DNA from: Cyanidioschyzon merolae
Lineage: Eukaryota
Strand: one strand, 5' to 3'
DNA: 64,000 bases
Assembly: GCA_000091205.1 (NCBI GenBank)
Contig: AP006484.2
Shown piece after piece: positions 20,141 through 29,901 of this stretch (the stretch's first letter is position 1; every line of letters starts with the position of its first letter). The notes under the pieces were generated by a model that worked only from the letters and a program-made list of their open reading frames with translations, ran no database searches and was not told the origin of the DNA. A program made the position numbers and the translations under genes.

Positions 20141-20694
20141 TACGAAAGCCTTCCGTCTCTCCCACTCTTCATTTTTTCCTCACTCAGCTTCATCTTCGCA
20201 TTGCGTTCGAGTTCTCGGTCCAGATACTCGAAATACCGCAGGATGAGATAATAGTATCTTTCCGTATCTTTTTCCAAGTATGATATCTTTTCTGCTGGAT
20301 TCGCCAGCCCCAAGTCTGCGCGATGCTCTTGTCTAACTGCACGGATCTCAGAAGCTTCATTATTTCTCCTGTGTCATGTCTTCTTGTCGACAAATTCGAT
20401 CTTTCCTTCGTTCTTACTATCGTTCGTGATGCCATTGATGATGGCCGATCTCTTTCCTCTGGAGAGAGACCTCGGTACCGTGCAAACACGGTGCGTATCA
20501 TGATATGTTTCAGGTTCACAATCACACTGAGCTTCAGGCTCATGAGGTACTGCATCGCCCCGTCACAGTTGATTCTGGGACTCGGAGCGGGTAGCCTGCG
20601 TCTTGGCGTCGAGCTGGTTCATTTGGAATCCCAGGACCTCGTTTCGTGCAGCCACATCAAGTATGTCTGTCTGCACAACTTGTAGGCTCTCAGA

Positions 20695-20907
20695 ATGATC
20701 ATCACCCCCGATCCCGTATTGAATGCATCAAGCCTCCAGCCGACGTCTGCAGCGGTATGGCAAAGCTATTTTGCCGCTGTGATGCATTGGCATCAGCGGT
20801 GTAGGCGCTACGGCGGGTGCAGCAACGGAGGTACTCGGCGCATGATACAACGTACAAAACCACCAATAGATCCGAAAGGAAGTGAAACTAATGCAACTTG
20901 CAGGTAG
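20695..20907 (+). CDS. Small conserved ORF, family 1 copy B (70 aa), hypothetical
   Basis: Paralogue of 3873-4085, with the same length and conserved residues. Confidence 0.3.
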   Translation: MIITPDPVLNASSLQPTSAAVWQSYFAAVMHWHQRCRRYGGCSNGGTRRMIQRTKPPIDPKGSETNATCR

Positions 20908-20956
20908 AGTGAAGAATAATGAGCGTTTTCATTGATTTCAATATCCATCCTGCAAA

Positions 20957-20996
20957 CTGGAATCCCAGGTCAACGCAACGATATTGTCATCGAAAG
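20957..20996 (+). promoter_or_regulatory. Conserved ~40-nt motif copy B, 170 bp upstream of the DJ-1/PfpI gene
   Basis: ctggaatcccaggtcaacgcaacgatattgtcatcgaaaga aligns with copies A and C. Confidence 0.3.
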
Positions 20997-21162
20997 AAAT
21001 CGGACGACCAGCGTAATATGCGCCGCCGCCATGGTCGACACGCATTCGGGCCTTTTTTGATCAATCCTATAATTATCTTGAATAATTTGTAGGAAGTAGA
21101 TCAAACGATCCTAGGGCGCGCCATGTGCCGCTCCGGAAAAGGCGGGTATTTCAAAATTCCCC

Positions 21163-23301
21163 TTGTACTGGGGTGTTTGCGAGCCCATAGCCATGTCGGA
21201 CCTGAAACCGATCTCCGTACGCGACCGATTAGCTTATTTCAACCAAAGCTCGTTTATAGACGATGATTCTGGTCGGCAGCGGGCAGTTTACGCGGCTGAA
21301 CGACAGGAACAACGCTTGGCTGGTCCGTTGATCGCGCCCGACACTTTGCATTACGAAGCGAACGACTGGGGGACGCTACGGGCGCCGCCTCGGATGGCGC
21401 CCCCACCGACGCCACCGTCGATGACGGCTACACCGCTTTCTCAACAACGGGAGGTATGGCGGGAAGCGTCGTCCACGGGAAACACTCAGACTGGTTCAAC
21501 GAGACAGGGCTTCACGGGACTTGATTCGAGCGGGCGTCCGAACGGAGCCGGGCGCTCCACGCGGAAACCGGCAATCATTCGCACACCAGTTCCTCAGACA
21601 CCAAGCCCACCTACACCATGGAGTTCGGAGAATGCGCGCTCACAGTCATCACAATCAGTGAGAGGCCCCACGGAAGACGTCACCCGGTCCACCGATTACC
21701 AGGGACACGTCTCGGAACGACGCACGCCGCCTGCCATGCGCGTGCTCTGCATCGTTTATGACTATGTGGAGGACACGGAGTTCTTCGTCGCTGAAGCGGC
21801 GCTACGTGCCGTAGGCATCGACGTAGATGTGGCATCGCCGTCCGCGACCCGAGCGGGTTCCGTGGTTCGCTCTGTGGTGCGCGTCAGTGACGACACCGCC
21901 GGTGAGGCAGTGCTCCGTGCTGCAGATCTCGACGGGCATCGAATAAGAACCAACTTAGGCTTCTTGCAGGCAACGCAGACGCATCATGCTCGGGAGAGCG
22001 GGCAGCGTCAGTCGTCTGTCCCAGATGCCAAAACTGCGTCTTGTCTGGCCCCAGCAGAAGAAGCCATCATTCGGGAGTGGTCGGAACGGTACGCGGCACT
22101 GATTCTACCGGGAGGTCGCCTGAGCGGCGCACTCGCCGTAGCCCACCGGTACCCTTCACTGCTGCGCCTTATCCAAGCGTTTCATGAACGAGGTCGTATC
22201 ATCGCCGCTATCTCGACAGCGCCAGTGTTGCTTTCCGCTGCAGGTCTGACCGTCACCGGTGAACTAGGAGTCTCCTTGACTGCACATCCTCTGGTCAAGG
22301 ACGACATTTACCCGCCCTCTGCCTACTTGCAGCGAATAGACTGGGAGCCGGACGAGCTCGAGCAGCAGCGGTGCGACTCGGGTGCGGCACGGAACGAGCC
22401 GCCTGCCTCCGTCGCGGTCGCAGACGCCAATGTGGTGACGGCGGCTTGCTGGCAGGGGCACCCCCAGTACCTCTCTCAGGTTTTGTGCATGCTGGGTGTC
22501 ACTGTCAGAGGCAACGACCTCCGCGTCCTGGTGCTTACCGAGTCCGGCTGCGAGCTCACTGAAATCCTCGCAAGCGTACAGGTCTTGCAGACGCTGGGTC
22601 TTACCGTGGACGTTGGCCTACCACCACCGCCGCAGCCAGCGGGTTCGGGAGAGGCTTCAGCAACTAGACGCCGCCGCTTCTTTACCGTGTTGCGCGAGTA
22701 TGAGGCAAGGCCTGCTGTCCAGGGCGAACCCTCGACCGATGAGGAGCCACTTATTTACCACGAACGCCCATGTCGTTCGTTTGAGGCCAGTATTTCAGAC
22801 GTTACCAGCGTCTCTCCGTATGAATACGATGGAATCCTCATCACTGGTGGAAGCTCTGCGTGGCGAATACGCAGCCATGAGCGCGTACTCCAGTGGATTG
22901 CAAAGCCGCTGTTGCGTCCGACGCGGAAGCGCGAAACGCATATAGAGACGCATACGGCAGCGGGTAGCACTGCGGCCGTTGCAGGAACGCGCACCACCTC
23001 ATGGACGCAACAACAACAGCAACAGCAACAGCAACAGATGCTTCCAGGTGCACCTGTGATCGGTGCGATCGGTGAGGGTGCCCTGGTGCTGCTCGCAGCA
23101 ACGCGCTTCGTCGGTGCAAACACGTGTCGAGAGGTGACTGGCTTTCCTGGGTATGTGCCGCCCGGGAGCGGCTTTGTGATGCCTCGCACACCCTTCGATA
23201 TTCATTGGGATGGACATGTGGTGACTTGTGCTTCTTGGCTAGCGGTACCGGAGTTTCTTCGGACATTCCTCGAGGCCATGGGTTGCGAAACACACGTGTG
23301 A
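21163..23301 (+). CDS. Tandem DJ-1/PfpI-domain protein (712 aa) with a poly-Q tract. The nucleophile cysteine appears to be missing in both domains.
   Basis: Two class-I glutamine amidotransferase-like segments: MRVLCIVYDYVEDTEFFVAEAALRAVGIDVDV ... RIIAAISTAPVLLSAAGL, and RVLVLTESGCELTEILASVQVLQTLGLTVDV ... VIGAIGEGALVLLAATRF. Q10 run at about 23005-23040. Confidence 0.55.
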   Translation: MYWGVCEPIAMSDLKPISVRDRLAYFNQSSFIDDDSGRQRAVYAAERQEQRLAGPLIAPDTLHYEANDWGTLRAPPRMAPPPTPPSMTATPLSQQREVWREASSTGNTQTGSTRQGFTGLDSSGRPNGAGRSTRKPAIIRTPVPQTPSPPTPWSSENARSQSSQSVRGPTEDVTRSTDYQGHVSERRTPPAMRVLCIVYDYVEDTEFFVAEAALRAVGIDVDVASPSATRAGSVVRSVVRVSDDTAGEAVLRAADLDGHRIRTNLGFLQATQTHHARESGQRQSSVPDAKTASCLAPAEEAIIREWSERYAALILPGGRLSGALAVAHRYPSLLRLIQAFHERGRIIAAISTAPVLLSAAGLTVTGELGVSLTAHPLVKDDIYPPSAYLQRIDWEPDELEQQRCDSGAARNEPPASVAVADANVVTAACWQGHPQYLSQVLCMLGVTVRGNDLRVLVLTESGCELTEILASVQVLQTLGLTVDVGLPPPPQPAGSGEASATRRRRFFTVLREYEARPAVQGEPSTDEEPLIYHERPCRSFEASISDVTSVSPYEYDGILITGGSSAWRIRSHERVLQWIAKPLLRPTRKRETHIETHTAAGSTAAVAGTRTTSWTQQQQQQQQQQMLPGAPVIGAIGEGALVLLAATRFVGANTCREVTGFPGYVPPGSGFVMPRTPFDIHWDGHVVTCASWLAVPEFLRTFLEAMGCETHV

Positions 23302-23877
23302 TGCACGATGCGACGCACTGGTTCCTCCAAAACGCTGCGCAATAGGTGTTCATGGCGGTATGAAAGCGCGCGAACGACACCGGTGCTCACGGTGCTGCTG
23401 TGCAGGAAGAGTGCGTAGTAGCGCGGCTGCGGATCGTATGATGCAGCTGGGGATGGTGCAGGTGCACGGCCTCGGTGGGTTCCGACTCCAATGGCTCTGG
23501 GAAGTGCGTACCAGAGCACTCGATGGAGATTGTTTTTGGTGCATTTGCGAGGAGCCGGTTTTGCGGCAGCCGACAGCGGTGTTGCGTGCTTGGTATGAGA
23601 CTTGTTTTTCGGCTTGTGATAGAGCGCAGCCCAGCTCAGGTAACGCGCTGGCTTTCGTTCGAGCATTTTTTCTTTAAAGTCTACTGTGCGCATGGGTAGC
23701 GCTCGATAGCATATCGCGGGCGTGTACAACTGCGATCTGGTTTGTGCTGGAGCTCGAGAAACTGTAAACGCGCGGGTCTCGTTACTGCAAGTCGCAGCGC
23801 CCGACTCGACTCGACCGAACCGAATAGAGCGCGATGATGAATCCGAGCACCCGCGCATCACTGGTGATGAATGCACT

Positions 23878-26037
23878 CTAACGTGCTGCAGCGTGGCTGT
23901 GTCGAGTTCGCTTCGTGCGTGGTGTCCTCGTTCGTTGACGAGCGCTTCGATTTGCACGGGCAGATGCGTTACGTTGCACATTCCCGCTGTTGGCTGAGGT
24001 TCGCTGGCGTGCCCGTCCCTGCGACCGCTCGTTCAGCACTTCAGGATCGCTCGAATCGCCCAGTGACGTTGACGTTGACGGTGATGTTGTGCAGCTGCGA
24101 GTCATGATGCCCCCATGGCTATGTGTTTCCGACCACTGCCGATCATCATCGAGCATTTCGAATCCAGCGGTTGACGGCACTGAGGCATTCGTGCTCCGGA
24201 CACCGGGCTCAGTGTCCGTTGGATGCTCATTCGGCTCACGCAGGAGCGCCTCGAGTAGACGCAGTTTGTTTGGTGATAAATACGACGATCTGCGGTGGAT
24301 CCATGAACAAGTCGAAGCAGCTGTCCTTGTATTCGCTGTGAGCTCGTCATTCGTCGACGGACCGGCCGATGAGGAGACACCAGCTCCGGCGTCTGACACC
24401 CGGAAACCGGCCCTGTTTGCCTGCTGCTGGGCGAAGCGCCGCGTTTCCTGCAGGAGCTCTTCCTGGTCAGTGATCGGCGCGTTACGATGCCGTTTCTCGA
24501 GATGATCAATAAGGCGGGCAATCCAAATCTCCACATGATCGGAGACAGCCCGTATCTCACCCTTGTTCACAAAATGATCGACTGCCTCAGCGATTTTCCA
24601 GTCAGGAAGGATGCTCATCTGTTGCTCGGTGTGCGATAGCAGGAAATTCGCCAGGTCGAGCACTGATATACTCGCCCACGGGTCGTTCTCCGCAGTCTCC
24701 TCGGATCGAAGCGTGGTCGCATTTGGCGCATGTCCACCGGCTATGGCACATATCCCTGCCGAAGGATCGCCTCCAGACGTTCGCCCAGTTGCATCCGCCT
24801 TGTGCGAGGGCGCTCGCGGTCGGCGGTGGAAAGCAACCATATCTGACGGGTTCGCAACTCGACCGAGAAAGTTTCTCCCGAACCGAACGGGGCCTAGTGG
24901 AGTAAAGCCCTCATCGTACTCGATCCGAAGTCGCATCAACGGCTGTCGCAACTGGTCGGGCACGAGATCCGCACCGTAAACGTGCTGTCGCCGGGTAAAT
25001 TCCTCGTCGAGTTTCCGAAGACGCCCCTCGACGTGCTCGCGAAGGTACCGTTCCAAAACCACGGGATCCCTGTAGACCTCATGCGTCGAGCGTGCCAGAT
25101 GCAATTCTTCATAATGAAACGGGCGAACGCTCCGGAGCGGTAGCGGCTTCCAGCGCCAGCTGGTGCCTTGGATTTCCAGCAAACCCACGTGTTTCTCGAG
25201 CGCTTCTCCTTGCGTCAAAGCAGTCGCTACCGTCGAGCCGGGCTGCGTGATCGCGGGCTGCATTCCATCCAGTTCGATATGACAGGGATGCTCGTGCCCC
25301 CAAATAACCAAATCTAACCACGGCGGGAGCAGGTCGCGAGTGACAGCCTTGGTATGGCCGCGGCGTTCCCGATTCTGATGCAAGACGAAGACGTGGACAT
25401 ACTCTCCCTGTTCGGAATCGCTCTCAAGACTTGGTGGTTCCACAAAGACAAGGCGCTTCTCGACTTGCCACGTTGCATAGAGCCGTTCCTCGCGGACGTG
25501 ACCGAGGCCATAGAGCGCAACGCTCGACACGCCTTTCCGCAAGATGAGCGGCAGAACGCGAATGGTGTCATTGTCGGTGGTGCCGCCCCAGTAGTACAGC
25601 AACCCAGCCGCTTGTAGAATATCCAGTGGCGAGAGGCTAAGGCGTGCGCTAACCACGGGATCGTCGTGGTTGCCGTGGATGGCAAACACCGGGGGTGCAG
25701 CCCTGCGCTGCATATGCCAGCTGGCGCTCGTCCGGTTGGCTTTTGCCGAGTGCTCACCGTCCTCAATGGTTTCTAATACTACACGAGAGCTCATCGCCTC
25801 GCGATTATATTCCTGCAAAAGCTTCATGCAACGATACAGGCACTCGCGTGACGGTTTGTTATCGTGAAATAGGTCTCCGCCCAGGAGAACGAGGTCGACC
25901 GCCTCAGAACGCGCAATGGAGAGCACCTCCGCGAACGCCAGGAACGAGTCGTCTCCACGAATCGCATCTCGCTCTTCAAACCCCAGATGATTATCTGTGG
26001 TGACCAGGATTCGCAGAGGTGCCACGTCCTGCACCAT
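23878..26037 (-). CDS. MRE11: Mre11 double-strand-break repair nuclease (719 aa)
   Basis: Phosphoesterase motifs: ILVTTDNHLG, DLVLLGGDLFHDNKPS, FAIHGNHDDP, VIWGHEH. Acidic and basic low-complexity C-terminus. Confidence 0.9.
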   Translation of the reverse strand: MVQDVAPLRILVTTDNHLGFEERDAIRGDDSFLAFAEVLSIARSEAVDLVLLGGDLFHDNKPSRECLYRCMKLLQEYNREAMSSRVVLETIEDGEHSAKANRTSASWHMQRRAAPPVFAIHGNHDDPVVSARLSLSPLDILQAAGLLYYWGGTTDNDTIRVLPLILRKGVSSVALYGLGHVREERLYATWQVEKRLVFVEPPSLESDSEQGEYVHVFVLHQNRERRGHTKAVTRDLLPPWLDLVIWGHEHPCHIELDGMQPAITQPGSTVATALTQGEALEKHVGLLEIQGTSWRWKPLPLRSVRPFHYEELHLARSTHEVYRDPVVLERYLREHVEGRLRKLDEEFTRRQHVYGADLVPDQLRQPLMRLRIEYDEGFTPLGPVRFGRNFLGRVANPSDMVAFHRRPRAPSHKADATGRTSGGDPSAGICAIAGGHAPNATTLRSEETAENDPWASISVLDLANFLLSHTEQQMSILPDWKIAEAVDHFVNKGEIRAVSDHVEIWIARLIDHLEKRHRNAPITDQEELLQETRRFAQQQANRAGFRVSDAGAGVSSSAGPSTNDELTANTRTAASTCSWIHRRSSYLSPNKLRLLEALLREPNEHPTDTEPGVRSTNASVPSTAGFEMLDDDRQWSETHSHGGIMTRSCTTSPSTSTSLGDSSDPEVLNERSQGRARQRTSANSGNVQRNASARANRSARQRTRTPRTKRTRHSHAAAR

Positions 26038-27239
26038 AAGCGAGGCGCTCCTCCAGACGCCGAAGAAGCACTGTAGAAACCCGATCGAACTGGTTGGGAA
26101 ATGGCGCGCACTGCGTGCACGCTTAGGTGTTTTCCCTTATATTTTTCTTGATGCTTTCATTCACGTACTTGATCATAAATAAATCAGCACCGAACAAATC
26201 TTTGCTTTCGATTCGATATAGGATAGCGTTGCGATGGGTTTCAGGGCACTTGTATCTCTGCCAAGCGAGTTGTGCAGCGTATGCATCGTTTGGGACCTTT
26301 CAGGTGTGGCATGCAGGGCAACGTCATGGACACGATGCATCCGTTAGCGGTAGCGTTGCGCTAACGGGACAGTGCATCATGCCTTCTTTCACGTTCCCGT
26401 GGCGGGTTCTGTTGCACGGGCTACAAGTTTGCTCGCAATTGCAGTTCCTGGTCAGTCGTTGTTTCCCGCTGGTGCGACGTGCTGGCGCTGCTTTCCGGAA
26501 TAATAGTGTGCCCGCGACAACGTCGGCCCCAACGACGAATCCCAAGTCGAGGCGTGCGCAGGCCCTGTGGGCGTTTTTGCGCTGTCACAAGTCGCTTCTT
26601 CGGTGGGGTGACGGCTTGCGTACAGAAGCCGCGAACACCTGTCCGAAAACTTATACAGCGTTGATGTTCGTCCCAATCAGAGAGACTGAGTCGCATCGCG
26701 GAAGTAGGTGTTGTCAGGTCGTTGACGTTGCAACACTCGTTACGATCAATGCGGAGGCAATCGTCGAGGCTGGCGTTGCAGCTGCAAGGGTGAATAAACA
26801 ATGCTACGACGGATAAATCTTGCAATGTTGAGTCGCTCCGAAACCATCGAGGAACAGCTCGCCAACGACCTGCGCGATCAGATTCGCACTATGAGTTGTG
26901 AGGTGCTCGCCCAGGAGGAGAATACACCGTCAGTAGAGTTTTCGCACAGATGCAACGTTTGACTGCTTCTGGAGCTCTACCATGACCTCAGGCTGGATTT
27001 GAGCCGTGCCCAAGACGGCTGGCAGTCGCTGGGGCGGCAGAAACCTGGATCCCTGCCAATGCAACGAATCCATTCTACATTGCTGTACTTTTCTGAATAT
27101 TATTAGAAGAAACTAGAACGGGCAATACCGGAGGGCGCTGGCGATCGACGCCCGGGGACGCATCTGCCGACAAGACTGCCTAGACGTTCGTTCAAGCGTG
27201 CTGGGCTATCGGTATTGATCGGGGTCAGCGAGGTCGCTC

Positions 27240-28055
27240 ATGTTTGTGCAACAGTTCTTTCTTCATAAACGACCAGGTCGACGAAAGCTGCCTCATGACG
27301 TAGGTCACAAGAGCATCTTTTGCTGTTCCATGTCGCAACATAACGCCTGTGCTGCGCGTAACGACTTTGTAGAGCACTACGTTCGTCAGGTGCGAGCGTG
27401 GGAGTCCAGACCTTCGCGTGCTGGGTTCTTCAACGGTCGTCAAGTTCCTGCTCCTAGACCAAGAGGAGCCGTCCGAGCGGCCCGACACATCACTTCGAAC
27501 GCAACGGCTACTGGTCGCCAGACACATGTAGCGCGAGCGCCGTACTTTAGTGAATCGAACCTGTGGGGCGGCGACGGCTGTGCCCAACAGCGAAACCTAT
27601 ATTTGGCGTGGCGGGAGACACTGGAGGCCAGTGAGCTTTGGCGGAGTTCAGAATCGAGCGATGATCTGTACGCGGAGTTCCTTTCCTGGTGGATCCGATT
27701 CGAAGAGGCCTACAAGGGGCGTTCATGTGCCGAGCAACAGGCTGGAAGCGAACACAGCGAGCGACAGCGTGCCGCTGGGGACCACACCGATGCAGCTCAC
27801 GAAGAGTTGGATCCGTATGCCGTGCTTGGAGTTGCCGAGGATGCAACGCTTGAAACCATTCGTGCCGCGTACCGCCTCGAGGTCAAACGATGCCACCCCG
27901 ATGCGTTGGGAACCGGTGTGAGCGGCACCACGGATCCGGCTGCACTTGCTCGTTTCATAGCAGTTCAGGAGGCCTGGCAGGTTCTGTCGGACTCGGACTT
28001 GCGTCGGCAGTATGACCTGAGTCGTCGTCTGCAGAAGAAATCTGGATACAGATAA
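27240..28055 (+). CDS. J-domain (DnaJ) protein with a C-terminal J domain. Start codon uncertain.
   Basis: DPYAVLGVAEDATLETIRAAYRLEVKRCHPDALG...FIAVQEAWQVLSDSDLRRQYD, including the HPD tripeptide. Confidence 0.6.
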   Translation: MFVQQFFLHKRPGRRKLPHDVGHKSIFCCSMSQHNACAARNDFVEHYVRQVRAWESRPSRAGFFNGRQVPAPRPRGAVRAARHITSNATATGRQTHVARAPYFSESNLWGGDGCAQQRNLYLAWRETLEASELWRSSESSDDLYAEFLSWWIRFEEAYKGRSCAEQQAGSEHSERQRAAGDHTDAAHEELDPYAVLGVAEDATLETIRAAYRLEVKRCHPDALGTGVSGTTDPAALARFIAVQEAWQVLSDSDLRRQYDLSRRLQKKSGYR

Positions 28056-29696
28056 GCAGTCAAAAACCTCGAGCTAGACGGTGCTGCAGGTGGTTGTCTC
28101 GAAGTCTCGGAGCAGCAGGTCACTGCCTGAGGAGCCCTGGCTGTAGGAACGAAACGCTGCCCAAAATGTTACCAACGCGCAGTTTACCTTGAGTCGCTGG
28201 CGCCGAAGCAGGTAACCTCGAAAGTTGTTCGCTTCACCTAAGTTTTCTGTGTTGCTGTTCGAGATTCAAAATCATGGATGACGCAGTGCCGGTGGCGCGA
28301 GGCTCGTCTCCGTTGACCAGGTCTACACGAGTGCTTGCATTGGGCGGCGGCGGCGGAGGCACAGCTTGTTGACCGATGTCCCGACAAGATCGGCTGCTAA
28401 TGAGACACGGTTGCGCCGTTCCATCCACTGGCGGACCATGGGTGCTCGCAAGGCAGCGATCCAGCTGATCAGGACGCTCTCGAGCATCTTGCAACCGCCC
28501 CTGAATGCTGGTTGCATCACATGCTAGAGCAATGTGCCGTGCGGTATATCGCATGCTCTCACCAGAGACGCACGCGTTATGGTGAGCCTTATCTTGACCA
28601 TGCGTCGGCACGCTGCGAAGCGTTTCGTAGAGTAAGCGCTTGTCACTGGACATTGCGCAACCAGCACTTGACTGAGCACGGGTCGGGAACGGGATCTTGC
28701 GCACAAACTTGGGTCAAGCACACAGCGAACATCATGACGACATCAATACCATACAAGGACGCATGTTGCACAGGATCATGTTCATAGGAAAAAATCTGGA
28801 AAGTCGGAACAATCGGGGTTGCGCAAGCTCAGCTGCCTAGCGCACCACGTACACAAGCAGACAGTGAGCGACCTCTTGGTTCCGTGTAGCGCAGCGGAAT
28901 GCTTGTGCTTGGATGCATCCTAACACGGAGGTATGATGCAGGACAGATTTCCTTGTTTCGGCATTCGCGTCTACGTTCGTTGACGCACGACCATACAAAC
29001 GACGTGAATCAATCTGTTCTGCAAGTGCGAACGCGACTGGTAATAGGGGCTCTGACCTCAGCTCGTCTGGGGACGCTCGCACTCGCCGCAGTTTTCAGAG
29101 CCGTGTATTCCTAAACAGTACAGGCTGAATCTATTCACCGACTCGTCGTACACTCAGAAACACCATATATCGGAATGCCATGATCGTTCACCAGTTGCTG
29201 AGGAAGATCGTTCCCAGTGTGTCGATATGGCGCTTGAGCCTTGCCGGATTGCTGAACCGCACCGTACAAGTGTCGTATACGTGGCGAGAATCCATTGCCT
29301 CCTGTTTTGGGCGCTTCGTTTTTTCACCACAAGTCGTTCGCGTTTCAGGCCAATGCACTCACAAAGAATCCAACGATTCGCTGGAAAGTTCGCGTTACAG
29401 AAAAATCTTGAGCACTCCAGATGCTCGACTCATTTCCGGACGTTGCTCAAGGCGTTCAAGTCCTGGTGCACCACGTGCTTGCGTGCCCGGTTGTTGGTGA
29501 AGTCACAGCGCAGCGAACCCGTCACCTGCGACTGCTCGCCATTGGACGTTCGATCCGCTTCTTGTACACCGTTTTTGGTGCACCTGTCCAGGGTTCAAAC
29601 GCTTCATGTTTGCCAGTTTCAACCTGCACCTGCGCGTATGACACCTGCATGTCATCTGGAACGCATCGATAGATATCGTGGAGAATCGAGTTTCGC

Positions 29697-29763
29697 ATGC
29701 ACGCACAAATGCACGCACAAATGCACACAAATGCACACAAATGCACACAAATGCATGCACAAA
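29697..29763. repeat. Microsatellite (gcacgcacaaat / gcacacaaat)n, about 6 units
   Basis: Direct repetition seen at 29697-29763, in the region where the 3' end of the 1699-aa gene lies. Confidence 0.8.
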
Positions 29764-29901
29764 CTCTACGCTCTTGTCGAAGGATCACGAGTGCAACCTT
29801 TGCATGCTACAGCATCACGTCAGTTTTCGATGGAGGCGGTTCATTGCTCTGAACGCGTCGCAGCAACATGCTCACCTCTGAACAAACGCAGCATCGACCG
29901 G

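Noticed and set aside
26127-26825. Cys-rich ORFs on both strands between Mre11 and the DnaJ gene, as a possible small secreted protein
   Set aside because: There is no clear signal peptide, the frames are broken, and there is no recognisable family. The evidence is insufficient.
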